A DNA stretch of 64,000 nt, from NCBI GenBank assembly GCA_946965045.2, contig OX337236.1:1736001-1800000 (forward strand), written 5' to 3'. The stretch is from Epithemia pelagica. Its lineage: Eukaryota; Protista; Bacillariophyta. This document shows, one piece after another, positions 23,501 to 29,656 of the stretch (position 1 is the first letter of the stretch; each line of letters starts with the position of its first letter). The notes under the pieces are model-generated. The model did not search any database, was not told the origin of the DNA, and was given only the letters and a program-made list of their open reading frames with translations. The translations under genes were made by a program, and so were the position numbers.

Positions 23501-24314
23501 CACTACTTGATTCCAACACAAAAAGACCTGGTGTGTGCCTTTGTGTTTCTTTCCTGGTGTTTGTTGTTTCGCTTTGTTGAGGCAGCACTGCACTTTGCTT
23601 TGGATCATTTTCTTCGTTACTATCATCGTCACTGCTCGAATCCAAATCAAACACTGCATTCATGTGCTTTTCCAAGTCGGAATCTGCTTTGTTGGGGAGA
23701 TCTTTCTGGTCATCCACCGGTTTTGAAGATTGCGGTTGACCCTTGGCGGTTGACTCGTCCTCCTGCTGGCCATAAGGAGGCTCGTGTTCTTTGTTTGCGC
23801 CGTTCGGATCACTGGAATCGTCAGAGTCAAAGTTCAACATGGAATCATCAATGGGGACACCGTCACCTCCATCATCACCACTGTGTCCGTTGTCTGCTGG
23901 TGTGGGTTCAATCTCCGCGTCCTCACCATTCTTGCTGTGGTGAGTTGTACGAGAATCTGTAGTTTTCATATCTTGGTTTCGTGTCGATGGAGAGGATTGC
24001 TGTTTTTGCTCCTTCCGCTGGCTTTGCAGTTGTTCGTATTGCTGTTGATATTTCTTGGCGCGAGCCTTCCATATTTGAACATCAGCTTCGAGATTCGCTT
24101 GCAAGGACTGAAAATACTCCAGGACCCTGGGGTCCGACTTTAACAATTTCACCAAGGCCGCCGGTGGGGCAGGAGGTGGCGGTGGACGTGAGGAATCGGG
24201 GGATCTCGATGTTCTCCTCTTGCGTCGTCTTTCCGGTTCATTGTTGGAATTGGTTGTTCGTTTGGTGGAAGGAGTGTCATTCGATGCCTTTTGGGCCTTG
24301 CGCTTGCGATCCAT
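20595..24314 (-). CDS. 1239-aa protein with a C-terminal glycosyltransferase family 25 domain
   Basis: VRVINLQCRPDR, SERACALSH, LIVEDDA, YLTGYLIS and QGPVDSWI are GT25 motifs. The N-terminus is basic, then coiled-coil, then acidic. Uninterrupted ORF. Confidence 0.8.
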   Translation of the reverse strand: MDRKRKAQKASNDTPSTKRTTNSNNEPERRRKRRTSRSPDSSRPPPPPAPPAALVKLLKSDPRVLEYFQSLQANLEADVQIWKARAKKYQQQYEQLQSQRKEQKQQSSPSTRNQDMKTTDSRTTHHSKNGEDAEIEPTPADNGHSGDDGGDGVPIDDSMLNFDSDDSSDPNGANKEHEPPYGQQEDESTAKGQPQSSKPVDDQKDLPNKADSDLEKHMNAVFDLDSSSDDDSNEENDPKQSAVLPQQSETTNTRKETQRHTPGLFVLESSSDDDDDDVENMKKSDKGNPSRKHAATTERERSEEEQPNVLELLREAFQSIERLDVSLVEEKASTTTVEKVAEGVDVADKAVLPAETVVNVDPTDENSASNHQEPDNDPQTWKWISRADEEVAADLAWAIHSLSRIQLIDKDLLESYPPFVTSALIPACNFINTSSESTVHPENPIVEGKLMVFRALLIIDTYCGEEAFLNKAVGRNEDDQTTKMMVGLRGRKQLVESLMSSLDGEITQCWPVQDRADSVNTLAYHHSITVEDEDQEEMDTTNPDHLKDSDHLDAKVQGRLSSLLERVVLVQLVVGYYISRDQNQVGDLVWGYLLSTAPSQHDDHPKLPPTMSLILVEAMLIPQPKMLWWLPPTNDDGAGSNLLSMLFYGEDRTSVNNEFAEKALKLCLELVASIWRHRYSNARNARVRDIARVEVAAYRRLVEAGILQDHEELKIEDYQNRASALLREIKSLNWITANEAKCSRPATLAFQLCLIMGHEGASSLLLDSALAYERASELVWRANAVREMEIRRLDRLRTLMGSEAAMSTPFQYFLDKARGVIAQDDSSLELESVSHLLHVAVIVANGELALACASKLLKLVDSRPDTSHSLRSRSLSRMGELSHTPVVRVINLQCRPDRMEAFYVQAMIHRVTVVHAVASLKQHGKDEASSQKEPNFFGQYAFDGRGKWFEATEQLSKQVGDGLDDLVHTHWRPHDLKAFDTNAPDGEGLVRASPSERACALSHLASWKGALRSFQSIHERTTGSPSPFVRRPTVLRRLFHMSGFAQGTAMHVSNRQNPPAPVCLIVEDDAMLVDRFTDRLQDVLRELPRDFHFCSLGYSRPKTAPIVAYRKHVGIPTHLFYLTGYLISESGAEFLLNALPIQGPVDSWIGLKMTSNFDNVFGTVVGIGRSKPLADALANKDLCTILQFRAFCALQPLCTQRVGAARVASSSSGRSWRHRDTDIEYSGGKWNYTESNNTV

Positions 24315-24661
24315 TGTTTATACTATTAGCCGACGACCTAGAACCTAGAACGCTCGGTTTCGTCACCGACTGATTTTGGAAACACCAATCATAGGATCTG
24401 TAGCATAGAATGAAAATACAATCATGCAATCCCTTTTCCACAAGTCTCTTCGGGTTCTTCTTCTCGATCTCTTGTGAAGAACAGCAAGTGTTCAACGTTG
24501 ACCGCCCAACCTTCATTGTCAGCACCTTTGGCTACCACAAAAGCGTGGATGTCATACCATTTATGCGCGACTTCATGTTTCTAGCCGCATCGGCGCGTTG
24601 GGGGCTTGCACTTCTTGCTCATGACATGGCAGGCGTAAATCGGGGGGGATGGTATCTTTCA

Positions 24662-25263
24662 GCAACTTCCGGTAACTAACCGTGAGTCCCATATCCGCTA
24701 GCAATACCCAGAGGACAAGACCAAGAACTTCTTCGACAAAGGATCGATATTAATACAAAATACGTATTATGAAACCATAGAGTATGGTTTCCCAATCTCT
24801 AGTATGGAACAAACGGGAATGTCGTGAGGGATGTCGTTTGATGTCGTGAGGGATGTCGTTTGATGTTGTTTGATGTCGTTTCGGGCTCGCGCGGAAACAT
24901 GGTTTGAATCAAAATCAAGCGGTGCTCATTCAGTTGATTCAGCGATGGGACTACCGTCAATCATTCGTGTGTTTTCTGTTGAAGAATACCAACTGCTGGA
25001 GAGTAGAGCTTCTTTTGGCGATATAAAAGCAAACGACATCAAACGACATCAAACGACATCAAAAGACATCAAAAGACATCAAACGACATCCCGACATCCG
25101 TGACTCGGGATGCTTGCCTCATATCGAAAGAATCTGTATCTAATATGATCATATCAGAGCTATTGGTGTGTGATAACGCAATATGAAAACGGTTGTTTTA
25201 TCGTGACGATACTCTGAGAAGTAGAAAGATTTCGTACGTTTTGAGTCCATTACCGGAAGTTGC
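24662..25263. mobile_element. Candidate non-autonomous foldback/MITE-like element (602 bp)
   Basis: Exact 14-bp inverted repeat GCAACTTCCGGTAA (24662-24675) / TTACCGGAAGTTGC (25250-25263), centred almost exactly on two inverted arrays of a 10-bp unit. No TSD or transposase seen. Confidence 0.45.
24815..25099. repeat. Two inverted tandem arrays of GATGTCGTTT / AAACGACATC (6 and 7 units) around a spacer of about 150 bp
   Basis: The left array (24815-24881) and right array (25031-25099) are directly visible. Confidence 0.92.
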
Positions 25264-25394
25264 AGGGAGTGGCACCACTTCTTTTGCTGCTGGAAGAGGT
25301 TCCAAACATCGTTATCATACTGTGATACTTCACATTAGTTAACCGCATAGAAACTACCTCCAGCAGGTTGTCCTTCTATTTTTCGAAAAGGATG

Positions 25395-25643
25395 TTTGTC
25401 ATGCAACCTATGAGCTAAACCATTCTCAAATCGCAAAATCAAGAAAAGACCATGTTGACCGAGGTGGTTGCTATGAAAAATGTACTTATATGAAGATAGC
25501 TGAGGGATCTCTAAACAACGCAGGCTTGTTGAAAAGTAGCCATGACTGATTCTCAGAAAGGAGCTCTGTTTATCAGCGCTCTAACAAACTTTTGGCACAT
25601 ACGGCTCAGTTGTTGGACTCACGAGGCAGATGCAGAAGCAAAA
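25395..25643 (+). pseudogene. Decayed 5' fragment (upstream region + N-terminal TM exon part) of the GT-like gene 10321-12075
   Basis: The reverse complement matches 11894-12189 (for example gcttctgcatctgcctcg, agagcgctga, cagagctcctttc, agtcatggctac, catggtcttttcttga, ctcataggttgcatgacaaa) with deletions and stops. Confidence 0.85.
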
Positions 25644-25694
25644 CCTAGCTGAAGATCACAGTAATGGAGTTGCTGAATCTTTCAGGCGTCACTA

Positions 25695-27395
25695 CTATGA
25701 GGATTCATATCCTGTCGTGGGAAAAATGCCATCGGACCATTCGCCGTCACTCCGTTCGAGATGACTACAGTCTGCCACGGGAGACGAGCAGAAAAACCCT
25801 GTCAAGTTTTGCCTTTCCCATTCACCTTTGGTCTTTACCCGCCGGCTTAACAGATTGTAGAAGGCGAGACAAGCATTCGAATTCATGAAATATTCAGTGC
25901 TGACTTCAATGATTTGCATGGGGCCTTCCCAAGAATTCTGCAAGAGCCAATATTTTGACCCGTCCACTTCCCGATACCCAAGGAGGATCATTGCATGAAA
26001 GGCGATAGCATCTTCTTCCCCGCGTTCATCGATTTCCGAAGATGCGCTGACACTGTTTTCGTCAACATACCAAATGCGGTTCGCGATATCGTCATCTGCA
26101 TCATTGTCCAAAAAGGACAAATCCTCTTCAAAATCATCATGAGTCGCCAATACGGACGCGGTGTAAAAAGACGAGCTCTCGCGGGGTGCTGATTCCAAGC
26201 CAACGATTGAATCTGTCGACATTGACGCATCAAGAGTAGTCACAGTTTCGTTGTCATCTTGGTTGCCGGCGGCAGATTTATTTAATAATGTCGTCCACCT
26301 TGCATGTAGAGCATCTTCCAGTTCTTTTATTTCTGGGTTGACGGGATCATCCAACAGAATGAATTCGGCCGGTTCGTCCCATTTAGTAAAACGAGCAACC
26401 CTACGAGGAATCAAATGTACCGGTATTTTCGTCCAAATTTGATTCGGTTCCACAGTTTCTTCCATTCTGAGAATAAATTTGCCCAAGTCAGGGCACTTGT
26501 CAGTCACATCTTGTGAAGGTGGATGACACCAAAAGTTTTTCGGAACTGCAAATCGAGAGACCAAAAGAGGTTGTTTTGCAACTTGCCTCGTGAGTCTATT
26601 GAGTTCCTTTTCTTCAAACAAATTCGTCGCGAAGATTCGGTCCTGGTTACGCCCGGAAACAAAGAATTTTCTCTCCAGAATTTCAAAGACCCTCGAAGAG
26701 TCACCACCGCCGTCCCTTACAACAAAATCCATCAATTCTTTTTCATTAAAATGGTGGCGTATCAGTCGTGACACATTACTCGGTGGCGTCGGTTGGCCGC
26801 AAACTCCCAAGATGTAGGACATGGCTACACATGGTGCTTGAAGGAAGCAATAATCATGCTTTTGCATTCGAAAGTAATACGTCACGTTGGACATACCTCG
26901 GGAAAATCCTGTTGTTCCCATTTGTTGAAAGTAGCGGTGGAGCGACATACAGGCCCGGATATAGTGAACCTGATAGGCCTCCTGGTTTGATAAATCAATG
27001 TCTCCGTCGACGGCCATTACTCGGTCGATACGATCGTTCCCTTTGTGCAGAATTTTTCTCACAGCTCTCGTGCGTGTTGCCTGATTCTTATTCATCATAA
27101 AATTACGACTGTAGAGGAAGAGTAACACACGGCATGTCCGAAATTGCAGCTCCACCGGTTCACCTTGCTGGATCATACTCCATTTCACCTTTGCTCCGTT
27201 ATTAACCCATTCAACACGCAGGTCTGAAAAATCGTGATTGATTGCTCTCACTGCATCGTCAAAAGTTTTCCTCCTGGGTACTTTTGGAGGTAAAAGATTG
27301 TAATCCTCAAATGATTCTTTTCTGGTCACAGCGGGAGGAGTCTCTCCTCGATTCCCTTTCTTCTTCCGAATCTGGGGAGACTGCAACGAAGACAT
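25695..27395 (-). CDS. Papain-like cysteine peptidase, copy 2 (566 aa, intact)
   Basis: QKHDYCF, FHAMILLGY and QNSW. Roughly 85% identical to copy 1 by eye. Confidence 0.75.
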   Translation of the reverse strand: MSSLQSPQIRKKKGNRGETPPAVTRKESFEDYNLLPPKVPRRKTFDDAVRAINHDFSDLRVEWVNNGAKVKWSMIQQGEPVELQFRTCRVLLFLYSRNFMMNKNQATRTRAVRKILHKGNDRIDRVMAVDGDIDLSNQEAYQVHYIRACMSLHRYFQQMGTTGFSRGMSNVTYYFRMQKHDYCFLQAPCVAMSYILGVCGQPTPPSNVSRLIRHHFNEKELMDFVVRDGGGDSSRVFEILERKFFVSGRNQDRIFATNLFEEKELNRLTRQVAKQPLLVSRFAVPKNFWCHPPSQDVTDKCPDLGKFILRMEETVEPNQIWTKIPVHLIPRRVARFTKWDEPAEFILLDDPVNPEIKELEDALHARWTTLLNKSAAGNQDDNETVTTLDASMSTDSIVGLESAPRESSSFYTASVLATHDDFEEDLSFLDNDADDDIANRIWYVDENSVSASSEIDERGEEDAIAFHAMILLGYREVDGSKYWLLQNSWEGPMQIIEVSTEYFMNSNACLAFYNLLSRRVKTKGEWERQNLTGFFCSSPVADCSHLERSDGEWSDGIFPTTGYESS

Positions 27396-28138
27396 GTTTT
27401 GGTGCAGCGCTGTAGCTGTGTGCTGTTTGGATGTTTCTGTGGATTCTTGGAGCTTGACAATCGCCGATTGTTGTTATCAGTTGTATTTTTGTGGCAGGAG
27501 AACCTTTCTACTTGTTGTGACTTTTGGGTCCTCGCAATGGTTTTGGAAGGATGCGTTTTTTTTGGCACACGTCTCAAAGGTGGGTTTTGAATTCAGAGTT
27601 TTGAGATCAGATTGCTCCTTATCCCTCAGAGGTCACGAAATAGAGAGTCGTTTCGGAAAACAGTCTTTCAACTTGGAACGGGGACCCCTCGCACCTCTGC
27701 CCGCGTCATGAAATCCTTACATCCTCTCATTGCTTCATGCAACTCATGAAATCCTTACGATTTCGGCCATCCTATTGCTTCATGCAGCTCTTGAGACACT
27801 ATGTAACCTTACAAAGTGGGCGAAGGCGGTCTTTTACTGGCCCTTTTATGGTTCGTGAGATCTCTTCCTTTTCAGTTGCATGATGATTGTTACAGCACAA
27901 AAGATGGAAGCTGATCCCGATGATGGATGGTCTGTGAAATGTCTTACTCCCCAAATGTGTCTTACTCCCCAAATGCCGTAATTTGTCATTTGTCGATCGC
28001 TCTTTAACTTTTTTAGAGCACAGTCTGTTATTTTGTTTGTTCTTGATAATCCTTAGCGCAAACTTCGCATCGTACTCGCTGGGACGTAAGCCTCACAAGA
28101 TCCAACATCCAACCCAAAGATCCCATCAAACGGATACC

Positions 28139-29297
28139 ATGGGACGGAGAATCCTTTCACCACCACCGTCACGTTTGCAGAGTGAGAGACTGTCGCAGCG
28201 GTGCTGGCAAAGACAAAGACGACGGCAGCAAAAACAGCAAGGATTGGTTGGTTGTCACACTTGGTGGAGTTGGATCATGATCCTTGCAGCATTGCTGGTT
28301 CGTCCTTGTCACTCGCTCAGTCTCCACAGTAGTAGTGGTGGTGCACTATCGGCAGCTGTTTGTAGTGGGAGACGAAGAACAACCACCACTTGGACGATTG
28401 CCAAGCAAGGTTGGATACCATCGCGTCGCTCCTACTCATGGAGGATACCGCTCCAGAGTGAACCATGGCTTTTTCTCGGCCACAACCACTTCATTGACGG
28501 TTTGTTATTTGTCCAATCGGGGTGGTGGCGATGAAAAGCCGACCCTGGAGGAATCTTGCACGGAAATGATCAATGGAAGTCACGATTCCGACAAAAATGG
28601 CATGAACGCCACCATGGAGCAGGAAAAGGAACGTACACGACGGGTCTTTCTCAGCAATCCACCCCATGGCTTTCGAATCCATCCCTTTTCTTGGTCCGAA
28701 TTGCAGCAAATTTGTGATGCGAAAACGGGTGATTTATCCTTACTGTGTCGATCGGTACCGGAACAATACAAGTATACCGTCTATCGACAAGATTTGGAAT
28801 CGAAATGGCAGTCCTTGACCGACCATATTTTGTGTTCCAAATTCCAATTGGAATCACGAATCGATACTGCCACTGGATTGCGCCATGCTCGTCCTTCGTT
28901 ACGACAACTACTGCAACCACCAGACCCCAATGACAGTCACCTGTCCGACCAACATTGGACCAACAAACCTCGATTGGCCGTTCTGCCCAATGATTTTCCC
29001 TACTTTGTCGAAAAGGGCATTTCACATTGGGTCTTGTGGAAACTCCAGCCCTTGAACGACGACAATAAGGATCTAAACGGAGCTGGAGTCGATTCTTCTT
29101 GTAGTAGTAGTATTACGGAGGACGACATTATGCATGCCAAAGACGTGATTCGAGAAACCAGCATGGCTGCCAACGACCCACTATTCTACAACTGTGAGTT
29201 TTTGCATTGGATCAATCCACCCGAACTCAAGTCGATCCCCGAAATTGATCATGTCCACATTGTGTCGACTCACACCCACCAACAAGTCACCATCTGA
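28139..29297 (+). pseudogene. DUF3605/GIG1 duplicate with two frameshifts; may still make an N-terminally truncated protein from ATG 28566
   Basis: Relative to the source copy: net 11-bp loss at about 28448-28451, and 2-bp loss in a T run at 29260-29261. The domain motifs are intact between them. Confidence 0.7.
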
Positions 29298-29656
29298 CGG
29301 TGCGAAAAGGTAGCCTTTTTGGATAAGAAGGAAGCAACATTGGATGGGACAGGCTCAGGTATTTGGGGAACTTCTCCTCTGGGCCCAAGAGATTAATTAC
29401 CGAGCGGGGGCGAAGTTTCGTCTGTAGTGGTAAACTGGAAGAGTCAGAATCGAGTGCTGTGGGTCGCGTTGCAACTTTTGCAACGCTCCAAGAGCAATCG
29501 CAGGGTATCATTAGTGCGAACCCAAATGCGACAGGATTCATGAGCCTCCCGGATAATGTCGTTCACACTACAAAGGTGGCCCATCCTGAGAACCAAAACG
29601 AGCGTCGTTTCATGTTAGCCCTCCATCCGTTTTTTACCAACCAACGAGCCCAACGT

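Larger units (their letters stand above)
25392..29310 (-). repeat. Derived, inverted and circularly permuted copy of 11894-16489 (A' 25395-25643, C' about 25648-27990, B' about 28078-29310)
   Basis: Reverse-complement alignments of all three blocks. At 25643-25650, the 3' flank of the peptidase is joined to an internal point of the GT-like ORF. Confidence 0.88.

Noticed and set aside
24815-25099. 10-bp repeat arrays as a CRISPR array
   Set aside because: The units are contiguous with no unique spacers, too short, in a eukaryote, and there are no cas genes.
25395-29310. The duplicated block as an uncollapsed allelic haplotype
   Set aside because: Divergence of roughly 10-15%, many indels, inversion, permutation and a novel junction do not fit a simple allele. 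Long reads would still be the decisive test.
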